Shown here: piece after piece, positions 26,830 to 36,752 of the stretch
Position numbering within the stretch: position 1 is the stretch's first letter
Layout of the letters: every line of letters starts with the position of its first letter
Assembly (NCBI GenBank): GCA_947259645.1
Contig: CAMYND010000002.1
Location: 2,544-66,543 of the forward strand
Length of the DNA stretch: 64,000 nucleotides
Reading direction: 5' to 3'
Source: Thermodesulfovibrionia bacterium
Lineage (GTDB): Bacteria; Nitrospirota; Thermodesulfovibrionia; UBA6902
The notes under the pieces: model-generated
The model's database searches: none
Told to the model about the DNA's origin: nothing
What the model saw: only the letters and a program-made list of their open reading frames with translations
Position numbers and translations under genes: made by a program

Positions 26830-29229
26830 ATGGACAAACAGACATTCAGGGTACTGGAATTCGACAAGATTTTTGATATGGCAGCTTCTTATGCCCTAAC
26901 TGCTCCGGGAAAAGTAGTCATAAAAAACATAAAGCCGCTTGATACCATAGACGCCATCAGGTCGCGGATCAGCAATGTCAGTGAGTACAGGTTTCTTTTC
27001 TCTCAGGGCAGGCCGCCCGGAATCGAGCATATCGATGATCTACTCCCCCTCTTTAAGAGAATTAAGCCTGCAGATGCGGTCCTTGAGCCTTTTGAGTACA
27101 GGTCATTTATTCCATTATTTGTCTCAGCAATGCATCTGAAGGCTCTGAATGATGACAAACAGTTCCCGGGCCTGGGCGTGATTGCTGAGCGGATAAATAC
27201 CCACACTCATCTGGAGAGGGCCATTGAATCCGCTATTGACCGGGAAGGACAGGTCCGCGATGAAGCATCACCGGAGCTGGCTCAGATCAGAGGGATGATC
27301 AAGGCTCTGGAGAGGAAAATAAACGCTCTGCTGGAAGATCTGTTGACGAGCAGAGAATTGGAACCGCACCTGCAGGATAAATTTATTACGCAGCGAAACA
27401 ACAGGTGGGTCGTTCCGGTAAAAATCGACTCAAAGGGAAGTGTGCCCGGAATAGTGCATGATATCTCAAACACAGGTGAAACAGCCTTCATTGAACCCTA
27501 TTCGGTTCAGACAGCAGGCAATGAGCTTGAATCATGCCGTGCGGAAGAAAAGCTTGAAGTCTTCAGGGTATTAAGAAGGCTTTCCCTTGCATTGAGGGAG
27601 AGTCTGGACGAGATCGAGAATGATTACGCTCTTGTAGCAGAATTAGATGCCCTGCAGAGTAGTGCCCGATTTTCCGACCAGATGGGCATGTCCGCTCCCG
27701 AGATAAATGAAAAAGGGCTTTTGAAAATAAACAGCGGTCGCCACCCGCTTCTCTGGAGGGCACTGAATAAATCAGAGAGAAAAGACAACCTGGTTCCCCT
27801 TGATCTGGAACTGGGGAAGCAGAATTCAAGTATGGTTATTACCGGTTCAAACGCAGGCGGAAAGACCGTGGCCCTCAAAACAACAGGCGTGTTATCTCTC
27901 ATGGCGCTCTGTGGAATGCATATACCGGCAGAATCAGGCACTACAATTCCTTTTTTACAAAGACTGTATGCCAACATCGGTGATGATCAGTCTATTGAAA
28001 ATAACCTGTCAACATTCTCTGCGCATATTACCCGCATTGCCGAAATAGTTCGGAAGAGCGGTGAAAACACGCTGGTGATCATAGATGAACTCGGAACCGG
28101 TACTGATCCGGAACAGGGCGGGGCACTCTCATGCGCTATATTAAGAAAATTAATGAAGAAGAAAACACTTTCTGTCATTTCAACCCACCTGGGTATGCTG
28201 AAGGTCTTTGCCCATAGTGAAGAGGGGATAGTAAACAGTGCGATGATAATGGAGGAGATTGATCTTAATGGAGCTAAATCACACAGGCCGACCTATAAGC
28301 TGCTGATTGGCGAGCCAGGTACGTCACATGCTTTTGAGATAGCAGAATCGCTCGGTTTGGACAGGGAAATAATTCTGGAGGCCAGGAAGTTTGTTACCGG
28401 TGAAGGCCTTCATGTGGAGTCTCTCATTTCAACTCTGAAAGAAAAAGAGGCGGACGTAAGGAAAAGATTGAAAGAGATCGAGACGATAAAAAGAGAATCA
28501 GGAGCGCTGAAATCATCAATGGAGAAGGAACGTTCTGATCAGCGCACCGCGAAAAATGAAATTATGTCCCGGGCCCTCAACGAGGCCGAAGAAATTATCA
28601 GGAAAACTAAGGTTGAGGCATCTGATATTCTCATGCGCATGAAGAAATCAAAACTCACTGAGGCAGCAAGGGAAACAAAAGCTCTTGACCTGAAGCATAG
28701 TGAGCTAAAAAAGATGAGCAGGAAGTATTCTCCGGAAAAGTCGCAGAGGTTGAATAAAATAATAGCCGGGCAGGACGTTTTTATTCCCACACTGGGCTTA
28801 AAGGGCATTATACAGTCGGTTAATGAAAAATCAGGTAAATGCAGGGTTGTGGTGGATGGTAAAGAAATAACTGTTTCAGCACAGGACCTGTATGAACCAC
28901 CAAAGGAAACTCAGGGGCGGATAAATACGCGTACCGGGGACGAGAAAAGCATAAACTATAAAGCTTCCTACAGTTCTGTTGATGCTGATTTTCCTCATGA
29001 ACTGAATCTCATTGGTCAGAGAGTGGAGCCTGCTCTCTCATTACTGGACCGCTATCTCAATGATGCGTCATTATCAGGGGCAGGAAAGGTGAAAATTGTT
29101 CACGGAGTCGGCACTGGCAGGCTTTCACAGGCAATAAGGGACTTTGCAGAGTCACATCCCTTAGTGGAAAGATTTGAGAAGGGAGGAGAAGGTGATGGCG
29201 GTGAAGCGGTGACAATTGTCTATTTTTAG
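26830..29229 (+). CDS. mutS2: MutS2 (Smr domain; ribosome-collision/anti-recombination factor)
   Basis: LEFDKI, VHDISNTGET, ITGSNAGGKT, DELGTGTDP, C-terminal Smr IVHGVGTGRL. Confidence 0.93.
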   Translation: MDKQTFRVLEFDKIFDMAASYALTAPGKVVIKNIKPLDTIDAIRSRISNVSEYRFLFSQGRPPGIEHIDDLLPLFKRIKPADAVLEPFEYRSFIPLFVSAMHLKALNDDKQFPGLGVIAERINTHTHLERAIESAIDREGQVRDEASPELAQIRGMIKALERKINALLEDLLTSRELEPHLQDKFITQRNNRWVVPVKIDSKGSVPGIVHDISNTGETAFIEPYSVQTAGNELESCRAEEKLEVFRVLRRLSLALRESLDEIENDYALVAELDALQSSARFSDQMGMSAPEINEKGLLKINSGRHPLLWRALNKSERKDNLVPLDLELGKQNSSMVITGSNAGGKTVALKTTGVLSLMALCGMHIPAESGTTIPFLQRLYANIGDDQSIENNLSTFSAHITRIAEIVRKSGENTLVIIDELGTGTDPEQGGALSCAILRKLMKKKTLSVISTHLGMLKVFAHSEEGIVNSAMIMEEIDLNGAKSHRPTYKLLIGEPGTSHAFEIAESLGLDREIILEARKFVTGEGLHVESLISTLKEKEADVRKRLKEIETIKRESGALKSSMEKERSDQRTAKNEIMSRALNEAEEIIRKTKVEASDILMRMKKSKLTEAARETKALDLKHSELKKMSRKYSPEKSQRLNKIIAGQDVFIPTLGLKGIIQSVNEKSGKCRVVVDGKEITVSAQDLYEPPKETQGRINTRTGDEKSINYKASYSSVDADFPHELNLIGQRVEPALSLLDRYLNDASLSGAGKVKIVHGVGTGRLSQAIRDFAESHPLVERFEKGGEGDGGEAVTIVYF

Positions 29230-29265
29230 TCAGCCTCTCAGTTTCTCACTAATAAGAGCAATTAT

Positions 29266-29556
29266 ATGAACGAAGGATATCTTATCTCCGCTGACTTCAT
29301 TGGCTGGGTCGGTTCTGTCGCCTTTGCAATATGCGGCATACCCCAGGCATGGGAGTGTATCAGGAATAAAAGCGCACGGGGAATCAGCCCACTCTTTATC
29401 GCGCTCTGGCTGCTCGGTGAAATCTGTTACATAATCAGTGTGCTGATGAAATTCGGATGGGTATCATGGATGATGTTTAATTACCTGTGCAATATAGTTT
29501 CTATTTCGGTTATTGTTTACTATTTATTGAAAGATAAAAAAAGGGTAATTGTATAA
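29266..29556 (+). CDS. PQ-loop / SemiSWEET-like membrane protein
   Basis: IGWVGS..GIPQAW..KSARGIS; 3 TM. Confidence 0.8.
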   Translation: MNEGYLISADFIGWVGSVAFAICGIPQAWECIRNKSARGISPLFIALWLLGEICYIISVLMKFGWVSWMMFNYLCNIVSISVIVYYLLKDKKRVIV

Positions 29557-29580
29557 AGCACCGGGCTGTTCCGGTCTGGT

Positions 29581-32304
29581 TTAGTCAGCGCTAGCCCCTG
29601 TGATTTTGGATAGTGAAGCTTTCATTGTGTTGGATATGTCGGTAAAAATAAGCCCTGACTCATGGCAGAAGGCAGCATGGTCCCTCGAAACATCTTTTTT
29701 CGGCCTGGTCCAGACCGCCTGGCCTGAAAAGGTGGTGACCTCATCCCTGGATGGGGATAATGTGAGGGTATATGTTTCATTCATGGTTAGCGGCTCTGAA
29801 GATTCAAGGCAGACACCACCAAGGCTAATATTCACAATTTTTATTTTGCTGGAAATATCAAGCTCTGCCTGACACCCATCACGCAGCAGGAACCGTCTGT
29901 ACATTCTCATCTTGGTCATCTTTGTCATTGTTCCAAGAATCTTATGATACTTTTTGTCCTCGTACATGTTTTTGTCAGCTGTGCTCAGAAGATCACTGAC
30001 AGAGGAACCGCACCGGGGTACATAGTGCGCTAATCCAATGCTGAACAATATTTCATATGCGCGGCCGGCGTTTTCATTAAAGGTGTTTAAACTTTTCTTT
30101 ATATTGTTCAAAATTATGCTTTCACAATGGCTGTCCGGAGGTTCTGTTATAAGAACCACAAACTCGTCTCCGCCTATTCTGGCAACTATATCAGACTTGC
30201 GGAATGTAGAGGTAAGGATATGCGCTGTATCGCGGAGAGCCTGATCGCCTGCTTTATGGCCGAGTTCATCATTTATGTTTTTGAATCCGTCAAGATCCAG
30301 GAATATAAGAGACATATTATTTGAGCCACGATCAGCGACTTTGCACTGCTGTTCTGCTAAGGTAAAAAATCCCCTCCGGTTAAAAAGTCCTGTAAGGACA
30401 TCGGTGATTGCCGCTGCCTTAACTTTTTCCTCAACTATTTTGCGCTCTATTCCAAGAGCGATGATATCAGCCACAGATGCGAGTGACTTGAGAGTGAGAT
30501 CAGTTAGTTGATGTCGAGAGAATAATGCCATGACACCTACTAAACGTTCATCTATAACGAGAGGATGTCCGGCAAAGCCCACAACCTGTTCACGGGTCAC
30601 CCACTCCTGATCAGTGACAAGAGGATCTCCTGCCACGTTGTTTGTCAAATGGGATATTCGCTTTTCCGCGATCATCCCTATCTTTCCCTGTCCAATAAGT
30701 TTTCTGCTATGCTTGCCGTCAATATCGGTATAGAGGCCAGCGCTTGCCCTGAGTTCCAGGACATCGTCAGTTTCATTATAAATCCATATCCTGGCAAACA
30801 GGACATCCAGGCTCTTTACAAAGGCCTCGGTACATCCCTGTAGCATATCCCGTAAAGATTTCCCTGCTGTGAGGGCCAGACCAATATCAGCATTCATTTC
30901 AGCAAGTTGTATGCGCTCCAGTAAATCCCGTTCAGATTCTTTCTGACCGCTTATGTCAGTGTGGGTCCCGAGCATACGTATCGGATTGCCTTCAGAATCA
31001 CGTTCTACTATTTTCCCGAGAGACAATATCCATTTCCAGTCGTTGCTTTTCGTTTTCTGGCGGAACTCTACCTGATACAGGTCTGTTTCTCCATTCACGT
31101 AGGAACGGTAATATGAAACGACTCTCTTATGGTCTTCAGGGTGAAGCCGGTCAAGCCATTTTTGATTTGATTCTTTAAACTCTGAAGGGTCATATCCCAG
31201 CATTAAGGCGTATTCAGCGTTAACAACAGCCTCACCTGTTCTGAGGTCGAGATCATAGAGGCCCTGTCGTGAAGCGGTTAATGCAAGTTTCAGCCGTTCC
31301 TCACTTTCCTTTAACACCAGTTCTGACTTCTTTCGTCTTGATATATTCCGGTCAATGCCGAGAATATAGGTCTTTTCACCAAGGATGAGTAATTGGGCAA
31401 TTATCTCAACAGGAAAAATTGATCCGTCTTTTCGTACATGAGTTGATTCAACATGAAGCCGCTTGCCGCTGGTTAAGGTTTTTACCCACTCAGGCAATTT
31501 TCCCCTCGTTTCAGGATCATCCAGAAGTCCAATGGATTTTCCGATCAATTCATCCCGTGTATAACCATGAATTCTGCAGGCCGCTTCATTCAGATCTTCG
31601 ATTATAAGATCATTTTCAGTGGGAGACAGAAGGAATATGCTATCAGAGGCCTGATTAAAGAGGGTGTGGAATTTATGTTCACTTTCTTGGAGGGCTGTCT
31701 CTGAGACTTTCTTCTCTGTAACATCCTGGATCAGTTCAACAAACCCTGCTACCTTGCCACCATATTCACGTTTTGGAACAGAAGTAATCTGAAAATAGCG
31801 CTTGTCTCCCGACACGGTTATTGCGTGACATTCACCATGTTCAATTTTTCCGCTCTTTTTTGAGCAGAGTCCGGCACATCCGCCAGGTGTATTGTTTGCA
31901 CTAAACAGCTCTGGGCAGGACATGCCTATTATACTTTCCTCAGTACCAAACCATCTCTGAAAGATATCATTTGCCCAGGTGATATTGAGACTGGAATCAA
32001 GCAGTATCAGTCCTCCGCCGATACCTTCTACTATGTTTTCCAGGCGCTCACGTTCGTATTGGCTCTGTTTTTCTGCTCTTCTGCGCTGGAGATGGATCCG
32101 CATGAGAATAGCGGAGAGAATAATCGGTATTATGGCTAAAGAGCGCATCCAGAGCGAGTGAAGGTTCGGATGGAATAATGCTTCTGAGAAATCAGTCCCG
32201 GGGAATAGAAGAAACGATTCTACTGCAGCTTCAATAGTCCAGAAAAGCAGCACAAGAACGATGATAAAGACAATAGCGCCTGTTGAACTCCCGTCATTTT
32301 TCAT
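29581..32304 (-). CDS. Diguanylate cyclase: 2TM-3xPAS-GAF-GGDEF-PilZ
   Basis: Intact GGDEF with RKSD I-site; PAS/PAC and GAF motifs; C-terminal RMYRR..NISLGG; start 32304 preferred. Confidence 0.88.
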   Translation of the reverse strand: MKNDGSSTGAIVFIIVLVLLFWTIEAAVESFLLFPGTDFSEALFHPNLHSLWMRSLAIIPIILSAILMRIHLQRRRAEKQSQYERERLENIVEGIGGGLILLDSSLNITWANDIFQRWFGTEESIIGMSCPELFSANNTPGGCAGLCSKKSGKIEHGECHAITVSGDKRYFQITSVPKREYGGKVAGFVELIQDVTEKKVSETALQESEHKFHTLFNQASDSIFLLSPTENDLIIEDLNEAACRIHGYTRDELIGKSIGLLDDPETRGKLPEWVKTLTSGKRLHVESTHVRKDGSIFPVEIIAQLLILGEKTYILGIDRNISRRKKSELVLKESEERLKLALTASRQGLYDLDLRTGEAVVNAEYALMLGYDPSEFKESNQKWLDRLHPEDHKRVVSYYRSYVNGETDLYQVEFRQKTKSNDWKWILSLGKIVERDSEGNPIRMLGTHTDISGQKESERDLLERIQLAEMNADIGLALTAGKSLRDMLQGCTEAFVKSLDVLFARIWIYNETDDVLELRASAGLYTDIDGKHSRKLIGQGKIGMIAEKRISHLTNNVAGDPLVTDQEWVTREQVVGFAGHPLVIDERLVGVMALFSRHQLTDLTLKSLASVADIIALGIERKIVEEKVKAAAITDVLTGLFNRRGFFTLAEQQCKVADRGSNNMSLIFLDLDGFKNINDELGHKAGDQALRDTAHILTSTFRKSDIVARIGGDEFVVLITEPPDSHCESIILNNIKKSLNTFNENAGRAYEILFSIGLAHYVPRCGSSVSDLLSTADKNMYEDKKYHKILGTMTKMTKMRMYRRFLLRDGCQAELDISSKIKIVNISLGGVCLESSEPLTMNETYTLTLSPSRDEVTTFSGQAVWTRPKKDVSRDHAAFCHESGLIFTDISNTMKASLSKITGASAD

Positions 32305-32595
32305 ATCGTCCCCGGATAATAAAAAATATAATTCTATGTTTATCGTATATATTCTTAATGTATCGTATATAAGCCTCGATTGCAACTAACATATTATCGG
32401 ACTAATAGGCACATTAGATAAAGAAATACTCCTCTGTGCAGGATTTTTTAGCAAATCATGGTGAGAAAAATACATGCGACCATAATTAATTCTAAGGCAA
32501 ATACCATGAGTCGATGCTTCACAATCAATACAGATGCGGCTACAGACAACGATGATCAGATGCTTTTAATGGCTGTTTATTTGTTACAATAACTG

Positions 32596-33363
32596 ATGAG
32601 CACAATACTTATTACAAATGATGACGGAATATCATCTCCCGGAATAAAGGTGCTTGAAAGTGTACTTGCTGCTCTTGGTGATGTCTACACAGTTGCTCCG
32701 GAGACAGAGCAGAGTGCTGTTGCACACGCGCTGACCCTTCACAGGCCGCTGCGGGCCGCAGAAATAGGCAAAAACAGGTACTATGTAAATGGCACCCCGA
32801 CAGATTGCGTGATAATCGCGATGAACAAACTTCTTCCCGTAAAGCCGGACCTTATTGTGTCGGGAATCAATAACGGCGCCAATCTCGGCGATGATATAAC
32901 CTATTCCGGTACTGTTGCCGCGGCAATTGAGGGTACACTTCTCGGCGTACCTTCCATAGCAGGGTCTCTTGCAAGAGATTATAATAATGGCGACAGCCTG
33001 GATAATTGCAGGGAAAGTCTCAAGGCTTGCGCGGAATTCATCAGGGACACAGCACAGAAAGTATTACAGAAGAGGCTGCCAAAGGACACGTTGCTGAACA
33101 TAAACTATCCCAATACCGCTGATGTGAAAGGAGTCAAGATAACAAAGCAGGGGAAAAGGGTTTATGACAATTCGATCCATGAAATAAAAGATCCACGGGG
33201 AAGGCCCTGCTACTGGATCGGCGGTGGCATTCCGCAATGGGAGCCCGGTGGCAATACAGACCTCGAAGCGGTAAATGACGGCTATATCTCAGTGACGCCT
33301 GTTCATCTGGATCTTACAAATCATGAGGCATTACGTTATATGGCAGATTTCATGAACCTTTAG
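32596..33363 (+). CDS. surE: 5'/3'-nucleotidase SurE
   Basis: ILITNDDG, GTPTDC, SGINNGANLG, YSGT. Confidence 0.95.
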   Translation: MSTILITNDDGISSPGIKVLESVLAALGDVYTVAPETEQSAVAHALTLHRPLRAAEIGKNRYYVNGTPTDCVIIAMNKLLPVKPDLIVSGINNGANLGDDITYSGTVAAAIEGTLLGVPSIAGSLARDYNNGDSLDNCRESLKACAEFIRDTAQKVLQKRLPKDTLLNINYPNTADVKGVKITKQGKRVYDNSIHEIKDPRGRPCYWIGGGIPQWEPGGNTDLEAVNDGYISVTPVHLDLTNHEALRYMADFMNL

Positions 33364-33415
33364 CGTAAGAGACCGCATACACTATTACACTCCAAAAAGG
33401 ACATGCATTGATACT

Positions 33416-34795
33416 ATGAAAAATTACGATGTTCTTATCATTGGTACCGGGCCTGCCGGAATTTTCTCCGCCCTGGAACTCATCTCAGCAAAAAAAAATC
33501 TCAGTATATTAATGATTGAAAAGGGCATAGACATAGACAAAAGGCTCTGTCCCTCTGTTAGCAGGGATGTAGCGTGTAAGGCCTGCCCTGAATGCGGTCT
33601 GCTCTGCGGGTGGGGCGGGGCAGGGGCTTTCAGTGATGGAAAGCTCAGTCTTTCAAAGGAAATCGGAGGGAACCTTTCACGATACATAAATGATGCAGAT
33701 CTGCAGGAACTGATACATTATGTTGACAATCTCTATATACGATATGGTGCCCCTGACAGTGTGTACGGGGGAGACATTGACAAGGTGAACAGCCTGAAAG
33801 ACGAGGCAGAGAGAAACGGGCTGACGCTTATCCCGTCAAAGATACGGCATATAGGAACAGACCGGTGTCCGGAAGTTCTCAAGAGAATGGAAGCTGAACT
33901 GAAGCCGGCTGTTGATATATTATTTTCACGGAATGTGACAAAGATCCTCAATGAGAATGGGAAAGTGACAGGTGTTGAAACAGACAAGGGAGAGAGGATC
34001 AATGCAGGAAATGTGATCGTGGCGCCGGGAAGAGAGGGGGCGCTCTGGCTTGAAAAGCAGGCAAAGTCCATGGGCTTAACGCTCCTGAAGAATCCCGTTG
34101 ACATAGGGGTGAGAGTTGAAATTCCCGCGCCGGTGCTGGAGCCGATGACGAAAATTGTTTATGAACCGAAGCTGATTTATCAGACGAGAAAGTTTAATGA
34201 CAGGATCAGGACATTCTGTGTTAATCCCTACGGGGAGGTCGTTAAAGAATATGTGAAGGGCGTCTGGATAGTGAACGGTCACAGTTATGCGAACAAGAAA
34301 ACAGAAAATACAAATTTTGCTCTCCTTGTGAGTACACACTTTACTGAACCTTTTGATGAGCCCCATTTATACGGACGATATGTTGCACGGCTGGCTAATC
34401 TTCTTGGAAAAGGGCTTATACTGCAAAGGCTGGGAGATTTGCAGGCCGGCCGCAGGTCTACTGAGGCCAGAATCAGAAGGGGAAAGGTCAAACCAACCTT
34501 AACTGATGCTGCCCCCGGTGACCTGAGTTTTGCCCTGCCTCACAGATACATTTCAAATATTATCGAAATGCTCAAAGTCATGGACAAGCTAGCGCCGGGA
34601 GTAAACAGTCCGCACACTCTTTTATACGGTGTTGAGGTCAAGTTTTACTCACGGCAGATTAAGCTCAGTACGAATCTGGAAACAGATGTTAAAAATCTTT
34701 TTGCGATAGGTGATGGAGCAGGAGTCAGCAGGGGGCTGATTCAGTCTTCTGTTTCAGGTATTATAGCGGCAAGAGAAATATTAAGAAGAATGTAG
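33416..34795 (+). CDS. FAD-dependent oxidoreductase (COG2509-like) with N-terminal Cys cluster
   Basis: GTGPAG, CKACPECGLLCGWGGAGAFSDGK, RTFCVNPYG, GDGAGVSRG. Confidence 0.85.
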   Translation: MKNYDVLIIGTGPAGIFSALELISAKKNLSILMIEKGIDIDKRLCPSVSRDVACKACPECGLLCGWGGAGAFSDGKLSLSKEIGGNLSRYINDADLQELIHYVDNLYIRYGAPDSVYGGDIDKVNSLKDEAERNGLTLIPSKIRHIGTDRCPEVLKRMEAELKPAVDILFSRNVTKILNENGKVTGVETDKGERINAGNVIVAPGREGALWLEKQAKSMGLTLLKNPVDIGVRVEIPAPVLEPMTKIVYEPKLIYQTRKFNDRIRTFCVNPYGEVVKEYVKGVWIVNGHSYANKKTENTNFALLVSTHFTEPFDEPHLYGRYVARLANLLGKGLILQRLGDLQAGRRSTEARIRRGKVKPTLTDAAPGDLSFALPHRYISNIIEMLKVMDKLAPGVNSPHTLLYGVEVKFYSRQIKLSTNLETDVKNLFAIGDGAGVSRGLIQSSVSGIIAAREILRRM

Positions 34796-34826
34796 GTGTA
34801 TCGCGAAGAGACCGGACAGGGCTATC

Positions 34827-35471
34827 ATGTCAGATCAGCAGAAGAGACATTTAATGGTTATTGAGCAGCTCCTGCCCCGGGGAATCAAGGACCAGAGAGT
34901 CCTTGTTGCGATGGAGTCAGTTCAGAGGCATCTTTTTGTTGAAGACAAGATGCAGGACCGTGCCTATGATGACTGTGCGCTGGCAATAGGGCATGGACAG
35001 ACTATTTCCCAGCCATACATGGTCGCACTCATGACCGAGCTCCTTGAACTGCAGGGTCATGAGAGAATACTTGAGATCGGCACCGGCTCAGGCTATCAAT
35101 CAGCAGTCCTGTCTCTCCTTGCTTCGGAAGTGTTTACGGTTGAACGATTGCAGCCTCTGGCTGAAAGAGCAAAGGATCTGCTCGGAAAGCTGAATTATAG
35201 AAATGTTCATGTCAAAGTCTCTGACGGGACAGTCGGCCTGCCAGGGCATGCCCCCTTTGACAGCATCATTGTTACTGCAGGGGCCCCTGAAATCCCGGAG
35301 GAATACATTGATCAGCTCAAAATAGGTGGACGGCTTGTTATCCCGGCCGGAAGCAGGCAGGCCCAGACTCTCTACGTCATAAAAAAAACTTCCACAGGGA
35401 TTGAAAAGACTGTGTCCACCCCCTGTGTTTTTGTTCCTTTGATAGGAAAAAGAGGCTGGGAGGAAGAGTAG
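34827..35471 (+). CDS. pcm: Protein-L-isoaspartate O-methyltransferase
   Basis: GQTISQPY, LEIGTGSGYQ, APFDSIIVTA, FVPL. Confidence 0.95.
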   Translation: MSDQQKRHLMVIEQLLPRGIKDQRVLVAMESVQRHLFVEDKMQDRAYDDCALAIGHGQTISQPYMVALMTELLELQGHERILEIGTGSGYQSAVLSLLASEVFTVERLQPLAERAKDLLGKLNYRNVHVKVSDGTVGLPGHAPFDSIIVTAGAPEIPEEYIDQLKIGGRLVIPAGSRQAQTLYVIKKTSTGIEKTVSTPCVFVPLIGKRGWEEE

Positions 35472-35542
35472 ATTATTGACAGGAACAGGGTTTTTATGTA
35501 AAACAATAGGAATCATTGACTGAAGAACATACAGGAGGAATA

Positions 35543-36457
35543 ATGCTAAAGGAGTCGAAAAAGATCTGGATGGACGGCCAATTTATCAACTGGGCTGATG
35601 CGAATGTCCATGTTTTAACTCACACGCTGCATTATGGAACGGGCGCATTTGAAGGGATACGATGCTATAAAACAAAAAAAGGCTCTTCCATTTTCAGATT
35701 AAAAGAGCATGTAGACAGGCTTTTTGATTCCTGTCACATTATTGATATTAAGCCGACCTTTACTCGAGCACAGGTGAACAAAGCGATCATCGACACCGTT
35801 AAAATTAACAAACTGAAAGAGTGCTATATCCGACCGCTTGTATTTATCGGTTATGGTGCAATGGGACTGTATACCAAGGGGAACCCCATACGAGTTGCTA
35901 TCGCTGCGTGGCCCTGGGGCGCATATCTGGGCGAAGAGGGGATCAAAAACGGCATCAGGGTTAAGGTTTCATCCTTTGCCAGACTCCATGTTAATGTCAC
36001 GATGACGAAGAGCAAGACCTGCGGAGATTATGTCAACTCAACGCTCGCCAAGAGTGAGGCTGTTGCGTCGGGCTATGATGAGGCGCTCTTTCTTGATACA
36101 AACGGTTATGTGTCTGAAGGTACAGGGCAGAATATATTTATTCTGAGAGACGGTGTACTCCTCACTCCTCCTTTGCCGTCAATACTTGAAGGTATAACCA
36201 GGAAAAGCATTATAGAAATGGCACGAAAAGAGAAGATCAAGGTTCAGGAAGTAAACCTTACCCGCGATGAAGTCTATATCGCTGACGAGGCTTTTTTCAC
36301 CGGCACAGCGGCTGAAGTCACGCCAATCAGAGAAGTTGATGGCAGGGTAATCGGAAAAGGAAAGCCAGGACCAGTGACGAAAAAACTGCAGAAACTGTTC
36401 TTTAACATTGTTAAAGGCGAAGCCAGGGAATATAATAGCTGGCTTACTCATATATAG
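35543..36457 (+). CDS. ilvE: Branched-chain amino acid aminotransferase
   Basis: HTLHYGTGAFEGIRCY, YIRP, EGITR, FFTGTAAEVTP; GGAGG RBS before ATG 35543. Confidence 0.95.
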   Translation: MLKESKKIWMDGQFINWADANVHVLTHTLHYGTGAFEGIRCYKTKKGSSIFRLKEHVDRLFDSCHIIDIKPTFTRAQVNKAIIDTVKINKLKECYIRPLVFIGYGAMGLYTKGNPIRVAIAAWPWGAYLGEEGIKNGIRVKVSSFARLHVNVTMTKSKTCGDYVNSTLAKSEAVASGYDEALFLDTNGYVSEGTGQNIFILRDGVLLTPPLPSILEGITRKSIIEMARKEKIKVQEVNLTRDEVYIADEAFFTGTAAEVTPIREVDGRVIGKGKPGPVTKKLQKLFFNIVKGEAREYNSWLTHI

Positions 36458-36752
36458 ACTGTTCGAGCACGTTCATGACAGACTGAGCACCACCAGGATC
36501 AGCTGGCCGGTGCTGCGACTCAATCCAACCGGCTACAGCTAATATTAACTTAAGAAACAACTTTATCTATGAAATTATAACCTATTTAATAATAATAGAA
36601 TAATTATCTTGTGCTGTGAGCAGGGGCGTATGCCTTATTTTTTATGTTATTTGCAATATGTTATAGTCTTAGATCCTCTTCAGCAGAGTATTTTACTGAG
36701 AATTATTGCGCAATCACGCGCAACTGCGCATTGCCGTAACACAGGGTAATAT

